From Sphyrna mokarran (taxonomy: Eukaryota): DNA of 64,000 nucleotides. The stretch spans positions 13,144,001-13,208,000 of the forward strand of contig JAGIQG010000032.1 of the NCBI GenBank assembly GCA_024679065.1, given 5' to 3'. Both the position numbers and the translations under genes were made by a program. Within the stretch, counting starts at the first letter, position 1. Every line of letters begins with the position of its first letter. Under the pieces are notes generated by a model. It made no database searches, was not told the origin of the DNA, and worked only from the letters and a program-made list of their open reading frames with translations. Shown one piece after another: positions 1 through 13,700 of the stretch.

Positions 1-335
1 AATATTGATTTTGTCAAAATATTTTATAGGATGCAAATTTTAAAAACACCGTTAGAAATAAGATAATATATTTTACATTGTGATAAAATTATTTTTATGA
101 TCCATTGCTAAACAGGAGGATTTGTGGTGCATCCCATTTTCTGGTATGAATAAGTTACATCGTTTCACTCATGGCGAGCATTCACTATGCTGAGGAACAG
201 AACACATTTAGCTTTTGGCACACAGTGTCATGATTAAGTATTCAGATGAGATACAGAATGGGCCAGTTAAAACTTGTCCCACTCTGTTCAATCTCAGAAA
301 ACTACTGTTGAAAATTTTGATCTGGAAGCAGTACT

Positions 336-1270
336 GTAAGGAAAATTTGTAAATTATTTAAAATTTCTATAGAATTTATAAATGTTTTTAGAAATGTTTG
401 AAAAGGACTTTGAATTTAAAGGAATCAACTGTACCTTTACTGGATAAGAAATACTAACCATGTGACCTGGTAACCCTTGACCTGGAAGCAGTGGCAACAG
501 GAAGAAAGTTAAGGTACATACATAAAGAAGAGTTGCAGACACAAAGCAGAGGAGCTGAAGGTTCAGGTACAGACAGAAAGAAAAAGCAGATAGGCAAAAG
601 AGGAATGCACTGAATTCTAATGAGTGGAAGAAGCAACTGATTCTCAGAAGAAGGTCAGTTTTACTGATTGTAGGAAGAGCTCTTTGAAGCAGTGAGAGAG
701 CTGGTTACTAAACCAAAAAGTTAGACAAAGGTCTAAAATCTGGAAAGCTGTGTGAATAGCTCAGAGATGCCAAAAAGCTGGGCATTTTTCCCACAATTGA
801 CCAAATCATGAACTGGGGTCTTATTGGTTGGCCAATTGATAAAGGACTCTGGAAAGCTATATCTTCAGAATTATTATTACTAAAGGAAGAGGGCTCATAG
901 GAATGTGCTTTGCTGATGATAATCATACTGTGAGGCTTGAAGGTGGAAACTGTTGTTGGGTGGAACTCCAGACCTTACTGTATGTGAATAGGGAGCAGCA
1001 TATTTTGGAGCAGTGCAGATAGCTAGGCCAAAGTTTTACTGCATTGTCCACCCAGGTTGGCCTCGGGTGGGATTTTTCGAGTCTCACTTGGGTGGGATTT
1101 TACGAGCCTTTTGTCCTGTAAGATATATTTTTGTTCTCTTGATTATTTAAAGTGAAACTTACCTTTTCATTTAAAGTATCGTTATCTGTTAATTCATATT
1201 TAATTCACATTGATTCCTGACTCATTTAAAACTAGAAGTTACAAAAAGTGAACTCTTATCGGTAATCTCT
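336..1270. mobile_element. Possible solo-LTR-like repeat, degenerate
   Basis: Composition and 3' motifs resemble the 42221-43346 element. It contains a short tandem gggtgggatttt duplication near 1066-1108. Boundaries uncertain. Confidence 0.3.
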
Positions 1271-2189
1271 TCTTTATCAATCATTTGTGCCTGTATGCCT
1301 GTATATTTCTGCTTACTACACCAATTGACCCTTAGGCCTCATTCAGTAAAATTGCTAATTTTCTGTTCAGTTGTGAGCTATGCAGCTCTATCTAATTAAG
1401 AATCAGATCGAATTTATTTATTTTGTTATATGGACCATGAGAACCAACAGATAGAAATTTTCATTTTATTTTCTCGCGTTGAATTTGATCTGACATCCAG
1501 AGGTAAGTGAGATGGTGTTGCTATCTAATGCAACATATAAATAAAATTGTGCATTTTTAGTACAACTGATTTTATACGTACTTATATGAACATTTATTTA
1601 CCTTAACCTTATGTTGAAAACATACTGGCGTAGATTTTGCAGTCAGCAGTGAAGCAATGGCACTCACTGTTAACCTCAAAGAAAGCTACCCACAACAATC
1701 TAGCAATGTTTGTTCACAGACACCCTATTCCTAAAGCTGGGACCAAATCAAGAGGACCTTCAGATGGCCAACAGCAGTGATATCAGAAAACCAATCACAG
1801 TGAGGTATTCTCACATGCAGCAAAGCAGGAAGTTAAATGTTTCACTTTTATTTTTAAATTTCAGATAGTAAAATAAATTATTTATGGTTCGGATTTTAAA
1901 AAAAAACTGTAAACTAATTTTTTAGCACAATGGAAAAAGATTTCATTCCAACAATAAAAAAATCAACTTTTCTGGATCATTTGAGTGTGTTAAAGAGTAA
2001 TTATGAAGCTGATAAAAACCCTCATTCAACAATTTTCAGGGTTTTTTTACTGGTGGAATAAAAGTTAATGCTTTTGCCAATTACAGATTGCTTAAAGATT
2101 GCAGACTGAGAGGACCTCCTATTTTTTGAAAAATACTGAATTACTGACAAAAAGCTTCAAAACTTGTGACTTCAACCACCTAGGAGGAT

Positions 2190-2410
2190 AAAGGCATGGG
2201 AATATGACCATCACCTGCATGTTGCCCTCCAAGTCACACAATATCATGATTTGGAACTATATTGCCTTTCCTTCACTGTCAGTTGGTTAAAATCTTTCAA
2301 TTCAGTCCCAAACATCATAGTGGGTATAGACACACCATGTGGACTGTAAAGGTTCAAGAGGGCAGCTCACCACTATCACTTCTGATGTAATTAAGGATAA
2401 GTAATATGAA
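2190..2410 (+). mobile_element. 3' end of CR1/L2-group LINE (same family as 60150-62230)
   Basis: ccctccaagtcacac..gatttggaactatattgcc..ttcactgtc..ggttcaagagggcagctcaccac; the reverse complement recurs at about 10255-10395 and 60150-60270. Confidence 0.65.
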
Positions 2411-4377
2411 TTAAATAAATATATGATTTTCACTTCATTTGGTGCATATGTAGACTTTGTGGAGTAATGAGGGTGAATTGTAATAGTTTTGCATCTTTAG
2501 CACTACAAACTCTGGGCCTTTTTCAGCCCATTTGCTATATGGATCATGATTTGATTATGTAAAAATATTGCATCAAATTATTCTGAAGTAATGAATTGAT
2601 CTTTTTTTTATTCAGAACAAACCAACCTCATTTATGGATTGAAAATCAAATAAATTTTTTGAGATAAATACATCTTTTTAATTTGTAAACAAGTTTTGTG
2701 GATTTTGATTTTGATTTTTTTTTCCGAGCTTTATGGTACAAAATGGGTATCTAATAAAACCCCAAAGCTATATGCTGGGATCCAAGTGGCTCTCTTTTCT
2801 TGAAAATACATTACTATAAGTATTAGTATGATATGGTCCTGAACTAACATGATAAATAAATTTAACTCAATGAACAGTAGGTCTCAGTGGCTTTGCATTG
2901 CAACTAGCTGATAGATACATTCTGAATTAGTGCAGTGAATCTGATAATTAATTTTCAAGGCATCGTGGACTATGGCAATAATATATATCATTATAAATAT
3001 AAAAAAAATCAACCTGGACTAGTGCCAGACCAGTGAGTCCTGTTGCTAAGCTAAGATGTAATAATAGCTTTTTCCCTTTTTTTAAATAAGCTATGATGTC
3101 ACAAAGGTTTCCTCAATGAATTTGTTATGGCTGTTACACTTGTGATGAATGGACAGGATGCGAGTGTTTTGATTGTTCCCAGAATAATGATTCTGTGAAA
3201 TTTGAAAGCAAGGTCATAATTATGTGAATCTATGCAATTGCCAAAATTCATCCACATTGGTAAGATTTTACACTATTTCAAGAGAGACCAATAAATGGCA
3301 TGGGGAGATAATCCTGCAGGTTTTATGTCTTTTTCAACATCGCTACCGCAATGTCCTTTAATTCCAATTGTCTAACATCAAAGAAGTGAATCAGATTGAC
3401 TATGGTAATATGACTTCGTTGTTCTTTTCATAGCTTAGTGGGTTTGCTCACATAGGTGGATATAGACTAGTCCTGGCTGGTGATTTTGGAAATTTAAGCT
3501 ATTAACACCTTATAAGTTGGTCAAGATGGATCAACTTCTGAACTATTTGTTAGTACCCCACTTAACTATAACTCCACTTAATTAATATCGGCAGACTCCT
3601 TGCCCAAATTAGGTCTATAGCTCGAAACTTGTTGTGGGGTGGAGAAGTGAAGTCACGCCTAAGCAACATGCACATGATTTGACCTGTATCCCCTTCTTTT
3701 TTAAGGTTATTTGGCTCACAAAAATGACTGATAAAATGAGATGGCTGTCACAATAAATGTGGAAGCAAGGAAGCTGAGTTTGTGACCAAATGGTAGAATG
3801 CTTTTATACTTCAACTTTCTGACTGACGAAGTGGTCATGACTTTCTGTTTTGAGAAAAGTGATCCATCTTCATTTGGCAACATTAAAGCATTAAGAATAG
3901 GGTTACAGCTACTTGTAGTGCAGAACATTTTCATTGCCATTACTATAACCAAATATCCATTCAGTAAATTGATTAGCTTAAGGTGAAGAACGCCCTGATC
4001 TTTATCACTGGATTGAACCTTTGTATCGTTTTTGTAGTATTGTAGTTTAGATTAAAATAATTTTCCCGATTAACTTGCTTTGTACTGATTATGATTTCAA
4101 TTCTGCCATTCTGATTATATAACTTCATAAGATTACCTCTCAATTGCCTCTTTCTGAGGTTGAAAACTGAAGTTTCAACAGGTTACATCTGTCACTCACT
4201 AATGTCATGGATCAACCTTTCTGTTGAATTGCCTCGAGTCACTGATTGTCTTCCTATGGTTCAGTGACCAGACTGAATACATTGCTTAAGATGTGATCTA
4301 ATGAGAATGTTTCATAATTTCTTCTACTGTGCTGTTTCTACATTGTATTTGCTTTGCTGATTTCTGCTAAACATATT

Positions 4378-4625
4378 GGATGGCACAGTGATACTGTTGC
4401 GTCACAGTACCAGGGACCCAGGTTCAATTCCTGACTTGGGTCATAGTCTGTGTGGAGTTTGCATGTTCTCCCTGTGTCTGCATGGGTTTCTTCCGGGTGC
4501 TCCAGTTTCCTCGGGGTGCTCCAGTTTCCTCCTACAGTCTGAAAGATGTGCTAGTTAGGTGCTTTGACCAAGCTAAATTTTCTCTGTGTACCTGAACAGG
4601 CACTGGAGTGTAGCAACTAGGGGAT
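4378..4625 (+). mobile_element. HE1-like tRNA-derived V-SINE
   Basis: A/B-box-like head (tggcacagtg.., ggttcaattcc) and V core gtggagtttgcatgttctccctgtgtctgcatgggtttc, with an internal 18-nt tandem duplication at 4495-4531. Confidence 0.8.
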
Positions 4626-4666
4626 AAATAAATAAACTTTAAATAATAAATAATCTTTAAATCATT

Positions 4667-4800
4667 GGCTGGAATTTTCTGATATCAAATGACACCACTG
4701 CTGCTAATGAGAACAGAGAATTTGGTGCTCAGCCAAATCTTCATTCACAGCAGCAGAACTGGAGAATCCCAGCCATGGACAAGGTTGGAAAATCCCAGCA
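4667..4800. mobile_element. Short MITE-like element
   Basis: Imperfect inverted termini gctggaattttc...gaaaatcccagc; a related sequence lies at about 16370-16490. Confidence 0.45.
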
Positions 4801-5194
4801 ATTCAGTATCAAGTTTACTGGTATCTATAGATCTCATTCAATATCATCCTTGTATTTATGAAATATTGTACACGCATGATAAATATCATTTACCATGGTT
4901 CAATCCATTTATATTTTATACCAATTTATTTTACATTTCCTGAACTGCACTTTGAGAATGAACTGCTCCTCCTAAGTTGGTATCAATAGCAAACCTGACA
5001 GTGGGTATTGAGTTTCTAAATTGCTGAAGTATATTAAAAACCTAAGTCATTCCATATCTGTTCCTGAGGCATGCCACCCTAATGTAACTCTGTAAACTTG
5101 AACCTATTGTTTCATTTTACATTTCAGTCAATTCTTTATATTTGTGAATTTAACTGTGGAGTGTTTGAAGAACTTGATAAATTTGTTGATTCTC

Positions 5195-6170
5195 AGGGGC
5201 AATTCTCCCAGCAGTGCAGTGGAGACTTGAGGCCATTTAATGGGTTCCCCCGATGCGCACCACACCTCTGTGAGTCTTCGGTAGCTGGATTTCTGACGCC
5301 GTCAGCTCCACACCAGAAATCGGCGCAGAGCTGCATAATTTAGTTAAATCTTCATCTTAATATATTTTATATTTAAGTAGTGGGCCTGGGGCTACTAGCC
5401 TCTCCCCAAATGCCAAGAGTGGCTCACTCCAACAGGCTTTATAATATCTCCCTAGTAGCAAGAAGCTGGTGGCCCAACTCCGCTGGAGTGAAAGGGGGGG
5501 GGGGGGGGGGGGGGGGGGCTATTGAGCCCTCCCTGCCCCCGAGGAGGAATGGGGTAAGGGGTTGCCTCTGGATGTTGCTGGCTTGGCCCCACGGAGTGTA
5601 ATGGCAATGCACAGGGAGTATCTTGGCACTGTCCAACAGGCCTTGGGACAGTGCCAAGAAGGTGCACCCGTGGGTGGGGTCTTTGGGGGGAGATTGGTGG
5701 GGGTGAAGGTTGGGAGGAGTCCTACTGTCACTCTGCACATGGCCGTGACAGAGGGAGGGAGGCCAATGATCTGCTGCGGGAGAGTGGGAGGGTCAAAGTC
5801 AGGACTGCAATAATAGAGTTGGGGGGGGAGGGGCAGGGGAAGGGGGAGGGGGGGAGGGGCAGGGGAAGGGACAGGGGGTGGGCCCCAGACACGTTCTACA
5901 CAGGACTGCACGGCTAGCAATGTGGGGTTACAAGGCTGGCCAGCGATCGGGAGGCCAACAGTGCGGGGCTACTGCACATTTGCTGATCTTGATGCTGACT
6001 GATCAATGCATGCATAGTGGTCACCACTCAGTGCTATGCTGCCAGTCTTTCCAGCGGAAATAGGCCCTTTTCTCCTCAGATTTTTCATGTGAATCCCGTT
6101 TATACATTCTGCAGTGCACAGAATGTGGGAGATTCATTTTGAAAGTCCCGCTGTGAATAATTTGGCATTA
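5195..6170. mobile_element. GC-rich dispersed repeat, putative non-autonomous DNA transposon
   Basis: Starts ggggcaattctccc and is an abrupt GC-rich island. Shared motifs (ggcactg/cagtgcc, G-runs, ggcagcgatc) recur at ~14690-15250, 27030-28545, 38050-38705 and 8090-8900. It contains G25 at 5494-5518. Confidence 0.45.
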
Positions 6171-9082
6171 AATCTGTCAACTGTTCAAGTAGTAAAGTTA
6201 ACTGAAAACAAAGTTGGAGGGGTAACTTTGTTTTCCGTCTAACTATTTATTTTTCAAGACCTAAAAGTTGATACAGAGATGCAAAAGTGAAAAACGTTCC
6301 ATTTCCTGCATTGAAATCTCCAAGTTGCTGAATTTTCAGCTTCACGTATTTGGAGAAAGAAAACGTTATCTTTTCTCCATTCTTTGCTCTCATTTTCAAA
6401 ATGGTAAATAAATTATCTAGATGGAACAACAGACTTTTCAATTTTCAACAATATTATCCTTCGCTAGATTTATCTACCCAAGAAAGCAGGCTGTCCTCAA
6501 TATTGTAACCTCGATAAAGAAATATCATCTTTAATCTGATCAAAACTTGGGAGGTCCAATTAAAATACAGTAAGTGGTATATGAAAAGACAACATTTTTC
6601 TTATTTTCCCTGAATTAATGTGCTACTTTGCATATTTGACTGAATGCTGTAATTGAACTCCAACATTGGGCTTGAATGAAATTTGGTTCAACCTATTTCA
6701 TTCTTTATATTGTGATTTCCTTTATAGAAGAGTACTTAGCTGATTTTATAGGTAAACGTGAAGGTGTTTTTAAAAATACATTATTTGACAGCTTTACAAG
6801 CTATTGAAACTTTTATCTATAGCTGTGTCAGCAGCAGATAAAAACTCTGAGCTAATGATATATGTTTATTGCATAATCAATTTTGTGAATCATTATTAAT
6901 AGTTCTTTAAAATTCAGCACAGGCGGCAGCTTTTAGCTTATTTTTATGCATTGTTTACAAATGTTTGCTGATATTGAAAATCATATAAAATATGCAAGAA
7001 CAGCAAATAAAATGTAGGGTTTTCTAATGTGTTTTTGCACACAGCTGCATAATAAAGTTTGCAGAGAGATAGTTTACAAGGTCCTTAAATAAAACCTGTG
7101 GTTGATAAACAGCTTTGTGTTTTTGACCCTCTGTCGTTTAAAAGAACGATGTCAAGAATTGTTGTTTTTAACTGGAACTAACTTGGAATCAACCAAATAA
7201 GCTCACTTCAGAAGGTAAAAGAAAAAAGGCATATTTTCACAATTATGAAATTTATAAGATTACTATGTTGTGAGGACTATATCTTTTCATCCATAAGAAT
7301 GTTACAGTTTAGGACTGTATCTCTAAATTTTGGGTAAATTAAAGAAGTCACGTGACATGTTGGAATCTGCCTGAAAGTAATCGCAGGTTTATTTTCAAGG
7401 GAAGGTTCCATTCGTTCTGTTGAGAGGGAGGTGTCAGAATCTTACACTTGATAATAAAGAGTGTACTCTCTAAGTCTGCAGTAAGGGGACCCTTGAATGT
7501 CCTGAGGCCCAGAAAAGTGAAGTCAACTCCTCTGATCCATAATCCCCCCTTCATGAATTTATTTACCCATGTGAATGTGTATGTACACTAAGTTGCAGTC
7601 CGTGGTCCCGAAACTTTGCTCATTTGTGATTTAAACTAAAATGTTAAGACTATGTTAAACTCTCACCTTTTCCATCTGGAAAACACAGTACATATGCACC
7701 ATTTCTGCACATGTACATGTTCACTGTTCATAATTTTATCCTAGGCAAGATTTTGTGGGAATGGAACCTCTGTGAAGGATGGAAGTTGACTGTGATTGAT
7801 TTCAAGTTGTAAGCAGTTTTGCTGGAACTTATCCTTTTATGCCTAAGATGAAAGGGAATTATGATCAGAGATAAATAACATTCTACTTGGATTCAAAGCC
7901 AATGTGTGGATCTTGAGCCCACATTCTCTGTCTGGAATCTTGCCAGAGGCATCGCAATTTTAAATTTTCTAATTAGGTTCATGCCCATAACTGATGAGAA
8001 CCTGATTGGCATTCAATTTAGTAAATTTAAATCAAATTAAACATCCCTGTCACCACATCTTCTTCCCTTACTAGATTTTTGTCATGCCAGTGAGATTTAC
8101 CATGGGTTCATCTAGATGTTAACCTGCCATGGGGATCCCCTGTGGGGCACAATGGTTAGTATAGCTCCCAGGGGAAATGGACATAGCAGGAAGCCCTAGC
8201 ATTCCTCTTTGGCAATGCCCTTCCTGACTGCTCCCCTGAGCCAGAGGACAGTGGCAAGGAAAGGCCCTAGAGGGAACCTCACATAGGGGGACTCATTTAT
8301 TTCTGGTGGTGGGGGGGAGATGGACATGTGAGAAATGGGAATCTCAGTGATGATAGAGAGGCAGGGCAAGGCCACAGAAATCTCCGTGGTGGAGAGTAGG
8401 GGAGCATAAATTTTTCTGCAGTTATCGGTGTACCTCTTTAAGAGTGCCCCAATCTCAGTGGAGCCGGTTCCCAGCTCAAAGAGTCCCACCTCTCTAGAGC
8501 GCAAACCACACCCAGTCTTTCTTTGCAGTTAGTGTCACAAGATCTGGAGAGAAAACTGGCCAGCTTTCTCACCAGCCACTCTGCAAAATTCTCATTAGAT
8601 TCCACATAATTTGTCCGCAATTACCGTGGTGAAGAGAACGGAAGAGACCAATATGTGGTTTAGTTATATATTTCCTTCTGTAGTAAGACATATCACAGAG
8701 GGCAGTGGTAGCCTGCAACCGACTGAAAAGAGGAGAGTAAGGAATTGTGTCAGCCAAGCCTGCACCTTAAGCAGAGAAAATGCTGAATCTCATTCAGCAT
8801 GCGGAATGCAGGTGAAGATCAGTTTTGTGAGAAATCAAAACTAGGTTGCAATGTTGGGCTTGCTCACACAATAGGGTGAATCTCGGGGAAAATTTTCACT
8901 CTACAGGTAATATTGCAAAACAGAACAGGATTAAACCCTTTGGAGCTGCAAATCACTTCAGTTTTAAAGATCAAATAACATAAAATTAGGATTTTCAGCT
9001 GTTATTTAAAGCAAAAGGGGCTAATTAATTTTGGTAATTTAGAGGAAAGTAGTGTTTAGCTAGTGTTTAGTTCGTGTTCAGC

Positions 9083-9182
9083 TGTGATGAACAGTCATCC
9101 TGACTCAAAATCTTGGTTCTGTTCTCTCTCCAGAGATGCTGTTTGACCTGCTGAGATTTTCCAGCATTTTCTGTTTTTGTTG
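9083..9182 (+). mobile_element. Penelope-like element terminus with degenerate hammerhead motif
   Basis: gtgatgaac-agtca-tcc-tgact-caaaa followed by ctctctccagagatgctgtttgacctgctgagattttccagcattttctgtttttg. A reverse-strand relative lies at ~11945-12025. Confidence 0.55.
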
Positions 9183-10629
9183 AGTTAATAGTGTTCTTTG
9201 TTTTTTGGTGCAGTAAAAGTTTTACGATGTGAACCTTATCAAGCATTCTTCATTCAGCCTTGTACATCCTCTTTTCAGCTACAAACTAGAAATTCGAGCT
9301 TTTTAAACCATTACCAGTCTCTACAGAGATCGTAACAAAATAAAACTACACATGTTAGTATATCCAAGTTGATAGATCATTTAAAAATTTATTAACAAAA
9401 ATACTGTTTCTCTTTCTTGCAATAATTTGCTTTCTCCGTCTTCTCTTTTAAGAAATTGCAATTAGCTGTTAATATTATGAAAATCTGCATGCTGTGTTTT
9501 ATTAATGTCTGTATTTGGATGTTCCTGTAAATTTTGATGACTGGCGTCTTATTAGGTGAGTTGGGTCTAAGGTGGCAGTTACAGATGCTGTGGACAGAGA
9601 GCACTGACACTCACTGGAAATGAAAGCTTGAATGTCCTCCTGGACATTGGCCCAGAATAGAGAACGGGAGCTTTGTTCACACATACCAGGGCTATCACGG
9701 AGTTTGAAATCTGCATCACTCAGATGGGAATGGTACTACTAGAATGCAGGTTCACTCAATAAGGTACTACTATATTCAGTATAAAGTTCCTGGCAAACGT
9801 GCTTATTCTAACATAATTGACTCCAAATTAACTTGAAAGAAACTTCTTTAGATGTAGCCATTGTTAACCTTCAGCAAATAAGTGTTAAGATCAGAGAATA
9901 TTAACCAGTATGTAATTAAGATAGCCAGGAATAAACAATGGCCACAAAGCACAGTAGCGGGAATTGGGAAATATCTATCAGTGATAGCTTTGTTAAGGTC
10001 AGAAAGCTCTCACCTCCAGCATAGTACAGCATTAGCTAACATTCAAACAACCCTAATTGGTTTACTTGTATAAAACAAGGGTCTTTAATGTCTTAAAATG
10101 AAAAAGTATTCAAACATTAATGAATAAAGTGGTTATTAGCAAAATGCATGACAAAAAGTTGTCCTTAGAAATAATTTGGGATTTGTATTATACAAGGACA
10201 CACATATAAAACAACAAAGAGGATAAATGTTTTAACCTTAACGGTATGTTTAAAATTCATTTATGGGATATGAGCGTCACTGGTTAGGCTAGCATTTATT
10301 GACTATACTTAATTGCCTTTGAGAAGGTGCTGGTGAGCCTCCTCCTTGAATTGCTGTGGTCCATGTGTGGTGTAGGTACACCCTTAATGCTGTTAATTTG
10401 TTGTTACTGTTTGAAAAGTTGATTCTTAAAATGTTTTGAAGTGAAATGTATGCTGCAGCTTGCAAATTATCTCCAGTGGAAGGCTAACATGGAATATATG
10501 GTCAGGAATACATTGGGGCTGGTAAAAGATGATAATTTAAAAAAACATTAGTGAAGATGCATCCTGCATGAATAATACCTGAAAATAATTTCGTATGAAG
10601 GCTGGAATTGCATTGCAGCAGTAAAATTA

Positions 10630-10915
10630 CTGAGAATGATAGAATCTCATTGCATCATCCATGTAACCTCCCCACCTCCCGCATTTACCATAGCTAATCC
10701 ACCTAACACACATCTTTGAATATTCAGGGACAATTTAGCATGGACAATCCACTTAGCCTGCACATCTTTGGACTAGAGAAGAAACCAGAGCACCCAGAGG
10801 AAACCCATGCAGACACAGGGAGAATATGCAAACTCTACACTGAAAGCTGGAATTAAACTCGAGTCCCTGGTGCTGTGAGGTAGCAGTGCTAACCACTGTG
10901 TCACCATGCCACCCC
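10630..10915 (-). mobile_element. HE1-like V-SINE
   Basis: Reverse complement of the SINE head (gcagtgctaaccactgtgtcaccatgccaccc) and of the V core (aaccagagcacccagaggaaacccatgcagacacagggaga). Confidence 0.85.
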
Positions 10916-11094
10916 TATACTTCTGATATCTTATTGTTAATATTCATAGTCTCGATTTCATGTGCTTTTATATTTGGTCATTTTTGATCCCAGGAATATC
11001 TAGATAATCTTAACATTTGTAGTTCTTCTGTATGAATGTCTTTGGTCAAATAATTGTGGAATTATTAGTACAAGACTTTAGGAAATAATATTTG

Positions 11095-12890
11095 TATTCA
11101 TTTATGGAATATAGGCATTGCTGGCAAAGTCAGCATTTATTGCCAGTCCATAATTGTTCTTGAGAAGGTGGTGGTGAGTCATCTTCTTGAAGCTCTGCAG
11201 CTCAGATGGTAAATTACTCCCACAGTGCCTTTACAGAGGAAGTTCCATGATTTTGACCCAGCAACTGTGCAGGAGTGGCAATGTATTTCCAAGTTAGGAC
11301 CCTGTGTGCCTTGGAGTAGTGATATTTCCATGTGCCCAATGTTCTCCACCTTCTAGGTGATGGAGGTTACAGATTTGGGCAATATTTTTGCGGAAGTTTT
11401 GGTGAGTTTCTGGTATTGCTCTTACAGATGGGATACATTGCAGCCATGTCATGTAAGTGGTGGAGGGAATTAATGTTTAAGGTAGTAAATGGAGTGTCAT
11501 TCAGGTAAGCTCATTTGTCCTGAATTGTATTGGAATTCTTAAGTGCTATTGAAGCTAGAATATTCTATCACTTGCCTGACCTGTTCCTTACTGTTATTAG
11601 GGAGGATATAGGGAGTCAGAAAGTGAGTCAATTGCTTCAAAAAAAACATCAACCTCTTATCGGCTATTCTATTCAAAGGTTTTATGTGTTAAGTTTCTTG
11701 TCATTGATTACCCCAGATGCTGCTGATGGGAGGAATCTAGTGATAGCTATATCATTGAATGTTAAATCCTCCTCCCAGCTGCACACCATCCTCACTTGGA
11801 ACAATATTGCACCTTTGCTTGATGAAAATCCTGGAAGTCCCTCCCTAATATCATTGTGGTGTACTTGCAATTCAGGGATGGCACTGGTCAGGAAGACAAC
11901 TCACCACATCTATTTAAAAACAATTGGGAATAGACAATCTGAAGCACAATCAGAGAATGCTGGAAAATCTCAGCAGGTTGGACAGAATTTGTGGTGAGCG
12001 AATAGAGCCAACATTTCAAGTCTCATCCCATATATGATTTTTTTTTTTAAATGCTAACTTTTTATATCTTTGGTATGAGTACATCCAAGTCTGTCTGAAC
12101 ATTAATGTTTGAAGTTTAATCTCTTTTTAAAAATATTCTGCTTTTTTATTCTTACCATGAAGGTCAATAACTTTGCACTTTGCCACATTATACTCCATCT
12201 GCCATTTGTCATTGGCTCACTTAACCCTTCTAAATCTCTTTGCAGCTTCTCCACATCCACTGCACAGTTTATGTTCCCACCTAACTTTGGATCATTCGTC
12301 ATCTTAGCCAAGATGTGCTAGTTCCAATTTTTAGCATGCAAGCAGATCTGCAGTGCAGCTTCATAGATTGGCTTCTTATTTTTTAGATCTGCCTGGTGCT
12401 TATCTTCTAGCATGCTTTTATTCCCTGGCTTGATGGTAATGGTAAAGTGAGGGGTATTTCAGGTAATGAGGTTGTGGTAGAACACAATGCAGCTTTAGCT
12501 GATGGCTCATAGTGCCTTATGAATGCCAGGTCTTGTGCTGCTGGATCTACTTGGAATCCATTCCATATAGCATGGTGGTAAAGACGCACTAAAATGGAGG
12601 GTAGTCTCTGTAAGGTACTGAGATCTGTCTTAGCAAACACTTTCCATGTCTTTTCTACCAGTACTGCAATGGGCAGATCCATCTGTGACAGACAGATTGT
12701 CGAAGACAAGGTCAAGTAGGTTTTTTCTTCAGGTTGTTTCTCTCATTTGCGGCGAGCCCATTCAGACAGCTATATTCTTCAGGGCTTGGCCAGTAATGTG
12801 CTACAAGGTCACTCTGGAGAATGGACACACGTAGAAGTCATCCACCTGGAGTACATTTGGTATTCTTGCGGCCTTCAGTTCTTCTTCCAA
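11095..12890. mobile_element. Cluster of CR1/L2-group LINE fragments in mixed orientation
   Basis: Minus-strand 3' tail at 11095-11760 and a plus-strand tail at ~11780-11935. RT-like minus ORF 12102-12311 (DPKLGG..DVEKLQRDLEGLSE). An endonuclease-region piece lies at ~12380-12890. Confidence 0.6.
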
Positions 12891-12999
12891 GTTGCGTTCT
12901 GTATTGACAAGAATTTACACTTCATTGTGAACAAAATGGATAGTCAAATATCTAATATCTACATGTAAATAGATCAGAGTTGCATTGAAAAAAAAACGA

Positions 13000-13700
13000 A
13001 TTATACTGTAATTGCAGAACCCTTAGGGACATTAACATAGGGATCTGGGTGTGCAAGTCCACAATTCCCTGAAAATGGCAGGTGGCCAAGGTGATTAAGA
13101 AAACATAGGCACGCTTGCCTTTGTCAGCTGGGGCATTGAGTACAAGAGTTGAGAAAAGATATTACAGCTATATAAAACCTTGGTTAAGCCATATTTGGAG
13201 TATTGCTTTAGTTTTGGTCACTACACTATCGGAAGGACACGGAAGTTTTGGAGAGAGTGCAAAGAAGGTTCATCAGGATGTTGCCTGGTCTCGAGAGTGT
13301 TGACTATGAGGCAAGGTTATTAAATTAGGATAGTTTTCACTGGAAAGACAAAGACTGAGGGGAGATCTGATAGGAGTCTACAAAATTATGAGAGGCATAG
13401 ACAGAGTGGATAGTTGGAGGCTTTTTATCTGGGGTGGTCAATTATAATGGGGCACAGGTTCAAGGTGAGAGGGGGAAAGTTTAAAGGAGATGTATTGGGC
13501 ACAGAGTAGTGGTTGTCTGGAATGTGCTACCAGAGGAGGCATATTAGCAACATTTAAAAGGCATTTGGATGGGTATATAAATATGGAGGAAATAGAGGAA
13601 TATGGACCGAACAAGGACAGAAAGTATTTTTTCGTTTAGTTCGAGCATCCGGATCGGCACAGCCTTGGAAGGCTGAAGGGTCTGTTCCTGCGCTGTACTT
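13000..13700 (+). mobile_element. CR1 (HER1-like) LINE 3' fragment
   Basis: Decayed RT C-terminus (..LYKTLVKPYLEYC..W..ESAKKV..RGDLIGVYKIMRGIDRV..) and 3' UTR ending ggctgaagggtctgttcctgcgctgtac. Confidence 0.8.

Noticed and set aside
4378-4450. tRNA genes at SINE heads (also 33660, 47344, 60508)
   Set aside because: A/B-box-like motifs continue directly into SINE bodies and I cannot build a complete cloverleaf.
5380-6063. Overlapping Pro/Gly-rich ORFs (also 27937-28473)
   Set aside because: Artefacts of G/C homopolymer runs in a dispersed repeat; no splice signals or domain similarity.
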